Below are positions 41,813-52,986 of a stretch of 64,000 bases of DNA, piece by piece. The notes below the pieces were generated by a model that searched no databases, was not told the DNA's origin, and worked only from the letters and a program-made list of their open reading frames with translations. A program made the translations under genes and the position numbers. The DNA comes from Candidatus Marinacidobacterales bacterium (GTDB lineage Bacteria > Acidobacteriota > Vicinamibacteria > Marinacidobacterales > SMYC01). The stretch covers positions 4,224,001-4,288,000 of the forward strand of contig OZ250169.1 in the NCBI GenBank assembly GCA_965237955.1. Reading direction: 5' to 3'. Numbering within the stretch: the first letter of the stretch is position 1; every line of letters begins with the position of its first letter.

Positions 41813-42717
41813 AAGTCAAGCCACTTCAGGACGCGATCGAGCGATGCCTTCGTAGGCTCATCGAGCTCGGCGCCCGGCGCGCGGATTCCTGCATGGCTCA
41901 GGGCACCACGTCGCTTCACGATTTCTTTGCGAATGGCCATGCCGATCCCGGGTTGGAACTCGAATCGCATCAGCGGGACGTGACGATAAAAGAAGTCTGC
42001 CGCCTCGTCGTGCTGACCGGCGTTCCACTTGGAGACGGTTTCGACAAGGAGCTTCGGGTAGGCGAACCACGTCATCGCGCCGTTTGCGCCGCTTATCAGC
42101 TCTTCTAGGAGGTAGCTTCCGCCCAATCCCCCAAAGATGTTGATGGTGATGTCAGTGTCGAGCCCTAGTCTGTCCTCCATCTCGCGGATACGCGCGATCT
42201 TGTGCGGTGTCGGAGCGTCTTCGAGCTTGATGGTCCGTGCAGAAGGAATCTCCCGGCAGATGTCGACGAGGAGAGACGCTTCCATGTGATACCCCGAGAT
42301 TGGGGGAAAATCCTGCACTACGATCGCGTCGTCGAAATGATCGGCGATGGTTCTGAAATGCCGGCGGATATAGCTGGAGTTGAGCTTGGGCATGCGCGGG
42401 GGGCTGACCATGACCCCGGCGGCGCCGGCGGTTTTCGCGTCCTCGCAGTAGTCGATGCAAGTGTCGAGACCAGCGGTGGTCGCGCCGACGATCACCGGGA
42501 CGCGACCGTTGGTGTGCTCCATGGTCGCGTCGAGGATCGCGTGACGCTCGCGGTCGTTGAGCCGAGCGACCTCGCTGGTCACGCCGAGTGCGGTGAACCC
42601 GGAGACACCGTCTTCGATAAACAGGTCGATGACGCGGCGAAGGCTTTCGGAATCGAAGTCGCCGTACTTGTCAAACGGGGTCGGCAAAACGGTGTAGACA
42701 CCTTCTAACTCGATCAT
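41809..42717 (-). CDS. DHDPS/NAL-family Schiff-base aldolase/deaminase
   Basis: LPTPF, GVTSE, GRVPVIVG, IKLED (Lys). Confidence 0.9.
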   Translation of the reverse strand: MIELEGVYTVLPTPFDKYGDFDSESLRRVIDLFIEDGVSGFTALGVTSEVARLNDRERHAILDATMEHTNGRVPVIVGATTAGLDTCIDYCEDAKTAGAAGVMVSPPRMPKLNSSYIRRHFRTIADHFDDAIVVQDFPPISGYHMEASLLVDICREIPSARTIKLEDAPTPHKIARIREMEDRLGLDTDITINIFGGLGGSYLLEELISGANGAMTWFAYPKLLVETVSKWNAGQHDEAADFFYRHVPLMRFEFQPGIGMAIRKEIVKRRGALSHAGIRAPGAELDEPTKASLDRVLKWLDL

Positions 42718-42778
42718 GGCGGACGTTTTTTATCACGAGTTGCCAGGGAGGGCGAGCCGGACTTAGTATGCAACCTCC

Positions 42779-43762
42779 ATGAAGATTCACGTCATCTCGA
42801 GAGACGAGGTCAAACAGGCCGTCAGCATGGAGCAAGCCATCGAGACGGTGAAAGCTGCGTTCGAGCAGCTCTCCACCGGAAGCGCCAGTGTTCCCATCCG
42901 CACCCAGCTCGGCGTTCCACTCCACGACGGCGTCACCTTGTTCATGCCTGCGTATCTCGAACAGACCGACGAGCTCGGCATGAAGATGGTGTCGGTGTTC
43001 TCCGGCAACATCGAGCAAGGCCTTCCTACTATCAACGCCATGGTGATCCTCGTCGATGCCGAGACCGGGCTTCCTATTGCCATCATCGACGGCACTTACC
43101 TGACGGCGCTTCGTACCGGTGCCGGCTCCGGCGCGGCGACCGACCTGCTCGCCCGAGGCGACGCCAAGTCCGTGGCGGTGCTCGGTACCGGAGTACAGGG
43201 GCGAACCCAGCTGCGAGCGGTATGCACCGTCCGTTCGATCGAGAAGGTATTCGTATTCGACAAGCGTGACGCCGCCGCGGAGGCTTTCCGCGACGAAATG
43301 GCCAACGTGGTCTCCGCCGAAATCGAAGTTGCCACGACCGCCGCCCAAGCCGTTCGCAAAGCGGATATCGTTTGCACGGCCACGACATCGAAGACGCCAG
43401 TGTTCTCCGATGCAGATCTCGCCCCCGGCGTCCACGTGAACGCGATCGGCTCGTTCACCCCCCAGATGCAGGAGCTTCCCGGCGAGACCGTCGAGCGCTG
43501 TCTCCTCGTCGTTGACTCTCGCGCGGCGGTGTGGGCGGAGTCCGGCGATTTGATCATCCCTCGTGACGAGGGCCGCATCTCGGAAGACAGCGTCCATGCG
43601 GAGCTCGGGGAAATCGTCGCCGGCACCAAACCGGGACGAACGAGCGACGATCAGGTCACGGTGTTCAAAGCCGTCGGCAATGCCGTCCAAGATGTCTCGG
43701 TCGGCGCACGTGTTCTCGAAGAAGCGAAGAGAAAGAACTTGGGAACGATCGTTGATCTGTGA
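42779..43762 (+). CDS. Ornithine cyclodeaminase / mu-crystallin family (ketimine reductase-like)
   Basis: LTALRTGA, GTGVQG, HVNAIGS, FKAVGNAVQD. Confidence 0.92.
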   Translation: MKIHVISRDEVKQAVSMEQAIETVKAAFEQLSTGSASVPIRTQLGVPLHDGVTLFMPAYLEQTDELGMKMVSVFSGNIEQGLPTINAMVILVDAETGLPIAIIDGTYLTALRTGAGSGAATDLLARGDAKSVAVLGTGVQGRTQLRAVCTVRSIEKVFVFDKRDAAAEAFRDEMANVVSAEIEVATTAAQAVRKADIVCTATTSKTPVFSDADLAPGVHVNAIGSFTPQMQELPGETVERCLLVVDSRAAVWAESGDLIIPRDEGRISEDSVHAELGEIVAGTKPGRTSDDQVTVFKAVGNAVQDVSVGARVLEEAKRKNLGTIVDL

Positions 43763-43774
43763 GAGCCGTCCACG

Positions 43775-45040
43775 ATGAGAGTCACGCTCGACTACGGTAC
43801 TGACGGGCTGGAAGTCGATCTCCCAGACGAAGGCACGACCGTGATCGAGCCCGCGTATCCACCAGGCGTCGACGATCCCGAGGAGACGCTTCGACAGGCG
43901 CTGGCCTCACCGATCGACGCGACGCCGCCACGAGAGATCGTCAAGGCGGGCGAGCGGGTAGCGATATCTGTTTGCGACGGCACGAGGCCGCAGCCGCGCG
44001 CGCTCATGTTGCGCGCGCTCTTCGAGTCGATGCCGGATGTGCGCCCGAAAGATATCGTGATCTTGATTGCGACAGGAACTCATCGGGCTAACAACGATGT
44101 CGAGCTAGAAGCGATGCTAGGCGACGATATCGTCGAGCGCTATCGGGTCGTGAACCACGACGCACGCGATGGGAGCACGCTGGCTTCGGTCGGTGAGAGC
44201 TCGAACGGAGTACCCGTTTTTCTGAACCGCGAGTGGATCGAAGCGGACGTTCGCATCACCACCGGTTTCGTGGAGCCGCACTTTTTCGCCGGTTTCAGCG
44301 GCGGACCCAAGATGGTGGCGCCCGGTCTTGCCGGGCTCGAGACGACGATGGTGCTGCACGATGCGCATCACGTCGGCCATCCGAAGGCGACATGGGGTGT
44401 CACCGAGGGAAACCCAATCCACGATGATGTGCGCGACATCGCACGCATGACCGGTGTGGACTTCGCGTTCGACGTCACCCTCAACGGTGAAAAAGAGATC
44501 ACGGCGGCGTTCGCGGGAGAGCTCTTCGCCGAGCATCGAGCCGCTTGTGAGACCTCGATGCTCGAGGCGATGCGAGAAGTGCCCGCGCCGTTCGATGTCG
44601 TCGTCACCACCAACTCCGGGTTTCCCTTGGACCAAAATCTCTACCAGACGATCAAAGGAATGTCGGCGGCGGCGAAGGTCGTTAAGGACGGCGGCGTGAT
44701 CCTGTGTGCGGCAGAGTGTCGCGACGGGTTGCCGGATCACGGCGCGTACGCCGAGCTCTTGAAGCGTGGATCCTCACCCGACGAGCTTCTCGAAATGGTG
44801 CACACGCCGGGTTTCGCAGAACCGGATCAGTGGCAGATTCAAGTTCAGGCGCAGATTCAAAAGCGCGCCCGGGTTCAGGTCAAGACGAGCTTTCTCTCGG
44901 AGCAAGCGCTTCGTGGCGCGCATTTCGAGCCCATGGAGGACGTTTCCGAAGCCGCCCGGCGCGCGCTCGAGGAAGCAGGGGAAGGGGGAACGCTGTGCGT
45001 GTTGCCTCGAGGACCACAAACGATCCCCTATGTTCGCTAG
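43775..45040 (+). CDS. larA: Nickel-pincer-dependent lactate racemase family protein
   Basis: DGTRP, ATGTHR, EPHFFAGFSGGPK, PLDQNLYQTIK. Confidence 0.9.
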   Translation: MRVTLDYGTDGLEVDLPDEGTTVIEPAYPPGVDDPEETLRQALASPIDATPPREIVKAGERVAISVCDGTRPQPRALMLRALFESMPDVRPKDIVILIATGTHRANNDVELEAMLGDDIVERYRVVNHDARDGSTLASVGESSNGVPVFLNREWIEADVRITTGFVEPHFFAGFSGGPKMVAPGLAGLETTMVLHDAHHVGHPKATWGVTEGNPIHDDVRDIARMTGVDFAFDVTLNGEKEITAAFAGELFAEHRAACETSMLEAMREVPAPFDVVVTTNSGFPLDQNLYQTIKGMSAAAKVVKDGGVILCAAECRDGLPDHGAYAELLKRGSSPDELLEMVHTPGFAEPDQWQIQVQAQIQKRARVQVKTSFLSEQALRGAHFEPMEDVSEAARRALEEAGEGGTLCVLPRGPQTIPYVR

Positions 45041-45128
45041 TGCCCGAACCCGGTGAGCCGCTATCGACTCGGGCCGATCTTCGTTATGATCCTCCTTACT
45101 GTAGAGGGTGGAAGGTTCGGAGACATAG

Positions 45129-46004
45129 ATGAAGCTGATTCGCTTTGGCGAGATGGGGAAAGAGCGACCCGGGATGTTGCTCCGAGACGGCTCGGTGATT
45201 GACTGCTCGATTTTCGGCGAAGACTACGATGAGAACTTCTTCGGCGATCGTGGCCTCAAGCGTCTCCGTCGCTGGGCGGCCACGTTCGCAACGTCGGCGG
45301 CCAAGGTCCATGCCCCAGTGCGCTACGGGCCACCGATCGCCCGGCCGAGCAAGATCGTTTGCGTCGGGCTCAACTATCGCGATCATGCACGAGAAACCGG
45401 CGCCGAGATCCCCAAAGAGCCCATCGTTTTCTTGAAGGCTACTTCGGCCGCAGCCGGGCCGTTCGATGACCTCGTCATCCCGCGTGGTGCGAGCAAAGTG
45501 GACTGGGAGATCGAGCTCGGCGTCGTCATTGGCGCGCGGACGAGCGTTGTTCCTCAAGCCCGGGCTGTCGACGCCATCGCCGGTTACCTCGTGGTCAACG
45601 ATTTCTCGGAGCGGTCGTTCCAACTCGATCACGGCGGGCAATGGGTCAAAGGGAAGAGCGCCGACGGGTTCGCGCCTCTAGGTCCGCATTTCGTGACGCC
45701 CGAGGAAATCGGAAACCCGCACGACCTGAAGATGTGTCTCGCCGTGAACGGAAAAACGATGCAGAACGGCTCCACCGCAAACATGATCTTCGGGATCCCG
45801 CAGGTCATCAGCTACGTGAGCCAGTTCATGACGCTTCTGCCCGGCGACATCATCAGCACCGGCACGCCATCGGGCGTTGGCTTAGGAAGAAAGCCGCCGC
45901 GCTTCCTCCAAGCTGGCGACGTCATCGAATCCGGAATCGAAGGTCTAGGAAAACAACGCCAAGAAGTGGTCCCGTGGCAGAAGGCGGCGAGCAAGTCAGC
46001 CTAA
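45129..46004 (+). CDS. Fumarylacetoacetate hydrolase family protein
   Basis: CVGLNYRDH, DWEIELG, NDFSER, STGTPSGVG. Confidence 0.93.
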   Translation: MKLIRFGEMGKERPGMLLRDGSVIDCSIFGEDYDENFFGDRGLKRLRRWAATFATSAAKVHAPVRYGPPIARPSKIVCVGLNYRDHARETGAEIPKEPIVFLKATSAAAGPFDDLVIPRGASKVDWEIELGVVIGARTSVVPQARAVDAIAGYLVVNDFSERSFQLDHGGQWVKGKSADGFAPLGPHFVTPEEIGNPHDLKMCLAVNGKTMQNGSTANMIFGIPQVISYVSQFMTLLPGDIISTGTPSGVGLGRKPPRFLQAGDVIESGIEGLGKQRQEVVPWQKAASKSA

Positions 46005-46098
46005 ATAAGCTCTTCTTCCCATTACTCGCCGCCGCCTCAAAGAGCGCGTGAGGGGTGCCCCAAAATAACTTGTCGCCACTCGAAGATCCCGCCAACAA

Positions 46099-47481
46099 TT
46101 ACTCGAATGCGGTCAACTTCATTCGCAAAATCGCATTCCCCGGATCGATCTCCACCGCTTCTGTGTAGAGCGCCTGAGCTCGATGCGCAAGCCCCACGGC
46201 TTCGTAAAGCTCTGCCAATCCGATGAGCGACTCGGTGTCGAACGGATCGATCCCGAGAGCTTCCTTGAAGTGCTCCTCGGCATTCCTTCGCCACTTCGGA
46301 TTTCGTGACAGCGCTTGCGCGAGGAGGCATTGATAGCGAACTTTGGAAGGCCCGATCCCAACGGCTTCTTCCATCAGCTTCACGACCTCGTGAAAGTCCC
46401 GCTGCGCGAAATATTTTTTCGCTTCTCGGTAGTAACGCTCCGCCATGTTCTCGCTGGATGTCGGTGGCTTGGGTTCCGGCTTCGGCGGAATGCTCGCTTT
46501 GGCAGTGACCTCACCCTTGGGCGCCTCGGTACGCAATGAGTTGTCGTAGCGCTTCCTCGACTGCGCGTTGCAAAGTGTTTCCTGCGCCTGCGTCACTTTC
46601 GTCAGGATCGCCTCGAGTTTCCTCCCAGCGGTCTCCACGATCTCTGGGGGGTGTCGATCCGGGTGGTATTTCTTGATGAGCGTCGTGAACGCTTTCTTGA
46701 GCTCTTTTGGTGCAGCGGTCCGGTGCACTTCCAGCCAGTCGTAATACGTGCCGGTCGATAGCGACCGGAGCTTCTCTTCGATGTCTTCCTGAACGCGACG
46801 CTCGTCGGCTGTCGACGCCGTCCTCGGGTCGCGCTTCGGCTTCGCCACCGTACGCACAGGCGGCTGGTGAAAGACGTCGATCGGTTCTTGTCGCTTCTGT
46901 ACCGACGGTGCGACCTCTCGGCTCTTCTTTTTGCCCACTTCGAGGAAGCCGCTCGCTAGCAGACCGTAGAGGCATCGAAGCGTTTCTACTTCGTCCAGCG
47001 GTGACATCGAAACGATGTCGGAGAGCGTAGCCGTCCCATCGACCCTCGAGAACACGAACCCTTCTTCGGGGGTCAAATTCGCGTAGTGAGCGATGACTCG
47101 CGGGTCCTTCGTGTAGGTCGCGACGCGGGCGACGTCGCCCACGGCGGCGCGAACTACTGCGGGCTCCATGAACCGCGTTCCCTCTAAGATGATAGGAACC
47201 GTAGGCAGGTCGAGCGGTACGCCAGTTTCGACGACGCTCGACTCTTGCTGAAACCGGAAGACTCCCTCGTTCCACTTGAACAGCGAGTGGATGATCCCGC
47301 GGACTTGCTCCGCCAACCGGGTTTGCATTTGATGCTCGCTCATGAGCCCGAGCGCGACGAGCGTCGTCCCCAATTTCTCGCGCCTCGCGCGCATCTTGTT
47401 CGATGCGAGGGCGAGGTTCGAGCGCGTGAGCGCGCCCTTGCGAACGAGCATTTCCCCTAGCCGGTCCGAATGCACTGTCGA
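46099..47481 (-). pseudogene. DUF4388-like plus DnaJ plus TPR protein, 5'-truncated by IS5
   Basis: RLGEMLV…LFKWNEGVFRF, J-domain KKYHPD, C-terminal TPRs. The frame runs into the IS5 IR. Confidence 0.85.
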
Positions 47482-48572
47482 GCTGCCTTGGTGCACAACT
47501 CCGATAGAGGCCGATAGCTCGCTTGGCCCCGACTCCCATCATCCGATCATCTCGCTATCAGGCATCCCGAGCGCCGTCATGGTGTTGAGAATCTTGCACC
47601 CGATCCTTGCCTCGACTCTCTGTGCCGCCAACCCTCTCGCTCGCATCGCTGAGCCCACGATAGCCTTGTAGCGATGGAACGTTGTCTCGACTTTGCTCCG
47701 TTTGCTGTAGCCCGATTCTGTGTGCCACTTTCGTTTGCCGAGCCGAGCTTGTGCTGCAATGTTGCGATTGCGCTGTCGGCTGCTCGCCGGCCCCGATGCG
47801 AGCTGGGCGCCCTTGCGCGGCGGTATCAGCACCCTCGGCGAGCAATGAGCGCTGTGATTCTCGATTGCCTCATAGACACCGCCGGCGTCGTATGCGGTGT
47901 CAGCTCTGGCCGATGAGATGGGACTGTCGATCTGTCCGACAAGCGATGCAACCCGCGATGAATCGCGGGCTCTTTTGCTCGTCAGCTCGCCGGCGACGAC
48001 TTCGCCACTCTGCTCGTCGACACACAGATGGAGCTTGCGATAGTCCCTGCTCTTTGGTGCTCTGCGCAGCTGGCCGGCGTGGACAGCGAGACCGCTGCTG
48101 TCGATCAAGATGTGCAACAGCGTCTTCTGCTTGTCTTGGTAGAAGGGGACCTTACCCAGCTTCGCCTTGCGCCTCGAGATCGTGGTGTGATCGGGCACAT
48201 CATTGTCTAGCTTCATCAGAGCGAACAACGATCGCAGCAATCCCTCGCTCTGCCTAGATGACAGATGAAACACCATGCCCAGGGTGACAGCCGTCTCGAT
48301 GGCGTGGTTCGAGTACTTGCGTTGACGGCCCGGTTTCCTCCTCCTCGGCCGGGGCGCGTCCCAGTTCACAAGCTTGCCGGCGGTGAGCGAGATCCAGACG
48401 GTCAGGCTCCCACGGTTGCGTAGACCCGCCTCATATTCACGCCAATTCCTCACGCGATAGGCCTTCTTCACATACTTCCGCTGAGTGCGTTTGAAAATGC
48501 TCATGGGGAACCTCGAATCCGTGAGTAAAGGACAATTGTGGACCGAGATCGCGAGTTGTGCACCAAGGCAGC
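47482..48572 (-). mobile_element. IS5-family (IS903-group-like) element
   Basis: Perfect 20-bp IR GCTGCCTTGGTGCACAACTC / GAGTTGTGCACCAAGGCAGC, no flanking direct repeat. Confidence 0.92.
47539..48504 (-). CDS. IS5 transposase
   Basis: NWREYEAGLRNRGSLTVW, PDHTTISRR, IDSSG, RKLHL, ADTAYD, RSKVET. Confidence 0.93.
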   Translation of the reverse strand: MSIFKRTQRKYVKKAYRVRNWREYEAGLRNRGSLTVWISLTAGKLVNWDAPRPRRRKPGRQRKYSNHAIETAVTLGMVFHLSSRQSEGLLRSLFALMKLDNDVPDHTTISRRKAKLGKVPFYQDKQKTLLHILIDSSGLAVHAGQLRRAPKSRDYRKLHLCVDEQSGEVVAGELTSKRARDSSRVASLVGQIDSPISSARADTAYDAGGVYEAIENHSAHCSPRVLIPPRKGAQLASGPASSRQRNRNIAAQARLGKRKWHTESGYSKRSKVETTFHRYKAIVGSAMRARGLAAQRVEARIGCKILNTMTALGMPDSEMIG

Positions 48573-48801
48573 GATTTTCCACGATTCGGGACAGATTTAC
48601 GACCACACGCGGGACTTGAAGTTCTTCGACTGGCACCGCAACTACGGGTTCGGGATCCGCCTTCGAAACGCCACCGGCACCCAGTTCCGCCTCGAGGTCG
48701 CCACCGGCGACGAGGGGTTCTCGGTGCACATTACCTTCGGCGACCGGCCGGTCCGCGCCTTCGGAGCCGGCCCGGTTCGCTACCCGCTCTACCGGCCATG
48801 A
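48573..48801 (+). pseudogene. C-terminal remnant of an Omp85/BamA-TamA-type outer-membrane barrel
   Basis: IFHDSGQIY…YGFGIRL…FRLEVATGDEG…VHITFG; 5' part removed at the IS5. Confidence 0.7.
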
Positions 48802-50486
48802 AGAAGACGAAGACGTTCCAGGTGCGCGTGTTGAGCCTGCTGAGCCTGGTGAGCTCGTTCGGCGCTCTGCCGTGCGAAGCAGTTGAGGAAAAGCTGTTCC
48901 TGCGGCCGCCCCTATGGGTGGATGCCGACGACAAAAGCATTCCGGAGCCCGAGGAGCGAGACGTCTCCGAGCTCTTCGATCGGTTGCGCAACACCTGACT
49001 CCGTCACCTGGATCTAGGATACGTCGGCCTCAAGTTGTCGAACAGGCCCGCCATGAACGTGAACGCCTGGGACGAGGTTCCCGACTCGTCCTGGTTCGTG
49101 AACCGGATCGGGCGCCGCCCGGTCTCCGTCGAGGAGCTCCTCGAAGGGGCGCCCGGCGTGGCGCCCCGGCCGGGAAGGTGGGAGGCGGTTCGCCTCAAGA
49201 CCCAGGGCTACACACCGGGCTTGCGCTTCGTCGACTCTGCCGGCGAAGGTTTCGTGCTCAAGTTCGACCCCGACGCTCCCGAGCGGAACTCCGCCGCGGA
49301 CAGGATCGGATCGCTCCTGATGCACGCGGCGGGCTACTACGCCCCGCAGAACAGCATCATCTACTTCTGGCCGTCCGACATCGTGCAGGCGGAGGACGCG
49401 CTGTTCGAGGACATGCTCGGGCGTAGGCGTCCCTTGACCTCGAACGATCTCGAGGCAGTGCTCTCCACGCTCACCCGGCGTGACGACGGCACCATCCGTG
49501 CCCTGGCGAGTCACTACCTGCCTGGAATCCCGAAGGGAAACTTTCCCTACTCGGGAACGCGCCAGGACGATCCGAACGACCTCATTCCCCACGAGCTACG
49601 GCGTGAGCTGAGAGGCCTGCGGGTGATCGCCTCGTGGTTCAACCACGTCGATGTAAAGGAGGTCAACAACCTCGACGTCTTCGTTTCCCGGGGTGACGCC
49701 GGTCATCTACGCCACTACTACATCGACTTCGGTTCGACGATGGGAAGCGGAGACTTCATGAACGGGCCGAAGCGCGTCGGCCACGAACATCTCTTCGACG
49801 GCTCGGCGATCGGCAAATCGCTCGTGACCCTCGGAGGCTGGGAGCGGCCGTGGGAGCGGGAAGAGGACGGTTTACCCGAGGTGGGCCACTTCGAGTCCGA
49901 GCTTTTCGAGCCTCGGACCTGGAAGGCCAATTATCCCAACCTCGCCTTCGAGGAAATGGATGCGAGCGACGCCTATTGGGGCGCCAAGATCGTAACTGCC
50001 TTCGACGACGAGCTCGTCTCAGCCCTCGTCTCGGCAGGCCAATACAGCCGTCCCGAGGTGCGCGCGTATCTCGAACGGGTCTTCCGCGAGCGCCGCGACA
50101 AGATCGGAAGATATTGGTTCGGCGTCGTGAGCCCCCTTGAGGACTTCGAGCTCCACCCGTCCGGAGGCGAGCTCGTCCTTCGATTCCGCGATCTCGGCGT
50201 CGAGCGCGAGTACGCTCGCCCCGAGGACAGGACCTATACCTTCGTGCTCGAAGAGCCTTCGAGGCTCGGGAGGATATCTTCCGTGTCCTCCGTCGACGTC
50301 CCCGAGATTCCCATCACCCGAGACGCCGCGAGGGCAGGGCCTCCCACCGACCGTTTCGGCCGCACGCCCATGCTCGTCGTGGAGGTTTCCGTCGCGGGTG
50401 GACCGCTTCCCGTGCGGGTCGTCATCGGACGCGATACAGGCGGGGATGAGCTGAAGGTTCTGGGCCTTGAACACGCCCCCCGCTGA
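48798..50486 (+). pseudogene. Secreted atypical-kinase-fold-like protein with an in-frame TGA at 48996-48998
   Basis: ATGA overlap with the Omp85 stop, signal peptide, QGYTPG, FVLKFD, WFNHVDVKEVN, YIDFG. Both ORFs are in one frame. Confidence 0.7.
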
Positions 50487-50585
50487 GCCAACGGGCCCGA
50501 GGGCAGCCGCACAGCGAGCATCGCTAGTGCCGGCGTGGCGAGCGTCACGAGTGGACCTTATGCTGGCGCTCCGCCAGGACTAGCA

Positions 50586-52956
50586 CTAATTCGAACGTGG
50601 CTCGGTAGCCGGTTGCTGAGGCAGGAACGTTTCGACAGCGTCGGGTTTACCGATGTGGAAGCCCTGTCCGAAGTCGACGCCAGCCTCCCTGACGAGCGTG
50701 AGCGTTTCCTCGCTTCCGACGAACTCGGCGACGGTGCGTTTGCGGAGGGCTCGAGCCACCTCGACCATGGCGCGGACGAGGTGCTGGTCGACTTTGTTCT
50801 TCGGAAGGTCGCGGATGAAGCTTCCATCGATCTTCAAGTAGTCCACGGGTAGGGTCTTGAGCTTGTGGAATGACGAAAACCCGACCCCGAAGTCATCGAG
50901 TGCCAGGTGGCAGCCAATTTGTTTCAGAGCGATCGCGAAAATCTTCGCGCGCTCGCTATCCGAGATCGCCGTGGTTTCCGTGATCTCGAATGTGAGGTTC
51001 CTCGCGTCGACGTCGTTCTCGTCGAGCTCTTTTTCGATTAACGTCGTCAGCTCGAAGTCTCCCAGGGGATTTCCCCGAGAGATTAACCGACAGTCGGATG
51101 TTGTTGCCGACTTTTTGCTGGCGCCCCATCAGCTTGATGGATTGGCGCACCACCCAGCGATCGATCGAACGGATGAGCCCGAAGCGCTCCGCGGTGGGGA
51201 GGAACGACGCCGGCGGCATCAGCTCGTTGTTCTCGCCCAACATGCGGATCAAGATCTCGAACTGGACGATGGTGTTGGTCTTCAAGTCGAGAATCGGCTG
51301 AGCATGGAGGACGAACCGACCCCGCGCCAGCGCCTCGCGGATGAGTTTGTCTCCGGAGAGTCTGGAATCGACCTCTGCCTGCCAGTTCTCGTCGGGCTTG
51401 AACACCACGAACTGATCGCGGCCGCGTTGCTTCGCGCGCGCGCGAGCTTGGTCGGCACGGGAGAGAAGCTCTTCAGCGCTCGCCCCGTGCTCGGGATAAA
51501 ACGCGACCCCGACGCTTCCGGTCACACCCACCGGTTGGTCGCCAGCGTCGACGGAGTGATTGCGCACTTCCTTCAACAACCGCTCGCCGACGAATTCCAC
51601 CTCGCTAGGACGCGTTTCGGTGATGAGAATTGCGAACTCGTCGCCGTCGAGGCGGGCGAGCATATCGTTCGCGCGGACGTGTTTTCGCAGCAGGCGCGCG
51701 AGCCCACTCAGGAGTTTGTCACCGGTGCTGTGGCCCAGACTGTCGTTGACGTATTTGAGATCGTCGAGGTCGAGCAAGAGTACGGCACCGCCAGCGCCCG
51801 AACGTTGGGCGCGCGCGATCACCCGACCGAACTCTTCGACGAAGCGACGACGCGTGTACAGCGATGTGAGCGGATCGTGATCGGCGAGGAACAGTAGGTG
51901 GTCATCGAAGCGTTTGCGCTCGGTCTGATCGCGCGCGATGAGCGAAACGAGCTCGACGGCGCCACTTTCGGTGCAGTGGGGGATAGCGGTGAGTGAGATC
52001 GGCACCTCGGTATCGTCTACGCCGACAAGCGCGGATTCTCCTTGCCACCGTCCCTCTTCGATCGCCGTGGGGATGGCGTTGTGCGTGATCTGCTTCCGCG
52101 CCCACTCGGGTAGAAAATCGTCGAGCCGCAAACCGAACTGGCGAGGCTCGTGGATCCCGAGAAGCACCCGCGCCGCCGGGTTGATGTAGCGTATTTCGCC
52201 GCGTGTCGTCGTCGTCACCACCGGATCGAGGATCGCGTCGAGGATGGTGTCGAGGCGCTCTTTCGACGAGTCAGTCGCTTTCTGCCGCGTGGTATCACGG
52301 ACGATCGCAAGCACTTCGTTGTCTCCGGAGAGCGCAAACCGCGCTTGGTAGCTTCGTGTCTCGTCACCTTCGTCGAGAACGAACTCGAAGTGCTGGGGCT
52401 TGTTTTCGACGAAGACCTGCGCGAGTGCCTCGACACACTGATCGGCAACGCTCTCGGGAACGATTTCGCTGAGCTTTTTGCCGACAGCGGGCTCCGAAGT
52501 GACAAGAGATGGGGCGCCTTCTGGCGCTTGGTGGCCGAGCACGTGGCCGTCGTGGTCGAGTCGAAAAATGGTGTCGGGAATCGCGTCGGTGAGAGCTGCG
52601 ACTTTGGTCTCGCTCTCGAGACGGCGCAGCTCGGAGACGTTTCGCTCGCCGGCGAGTAGAGCGGCCTCGCGAGAGATACGGCCGAGCTCGTCGGCTCGCT
52701 GGATGGGGAGCTCCTTCGGGATGGGTCCTGAGCCCGCGCGAAGCTGAGCGAGCCCTTTGGCGATTCGGGCGAGCGGCGCGCAAATGATTCGTTGGATGAT
52801 CGTCACCACGTACGCGAGGGCGATCGAAAAACTCAGAGTGTAGGCTACCGCGCGAGGACCGGGAGGCTGCCCGGCGAAGAGATAGCCGCCGCCAATAGCG
52901 AGCACGAGTACGGGCGCGAGCCACGAGATGAGTTGGCGGAGGAGTGACTTGGTCAT
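50586..52956 (-). pseudogene. TM-HAMP-PAS-PAS-GGDEF-EAL c-di-GMP enzyme, frameshifted near 51070
   Basis: RADELG, HDPLT, RLDGDEF, QPI…EIL. The shifted frame continues FEITET, LDDFG, KIDGSF. Confidence 0.88.
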
Positions 52957-52986
52957 CAGTGTGATTTTCGAGCCCGTTCCGAGCAC

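Noticed and set aside
45980-46051. Two overlapping ORFs both ending in AASKSA
   Set aside because: The DNA sequences differ and the match partly reflects a GGCGGCGAG/CTCGCCGCC inverted repeat. Most likely coincidence.
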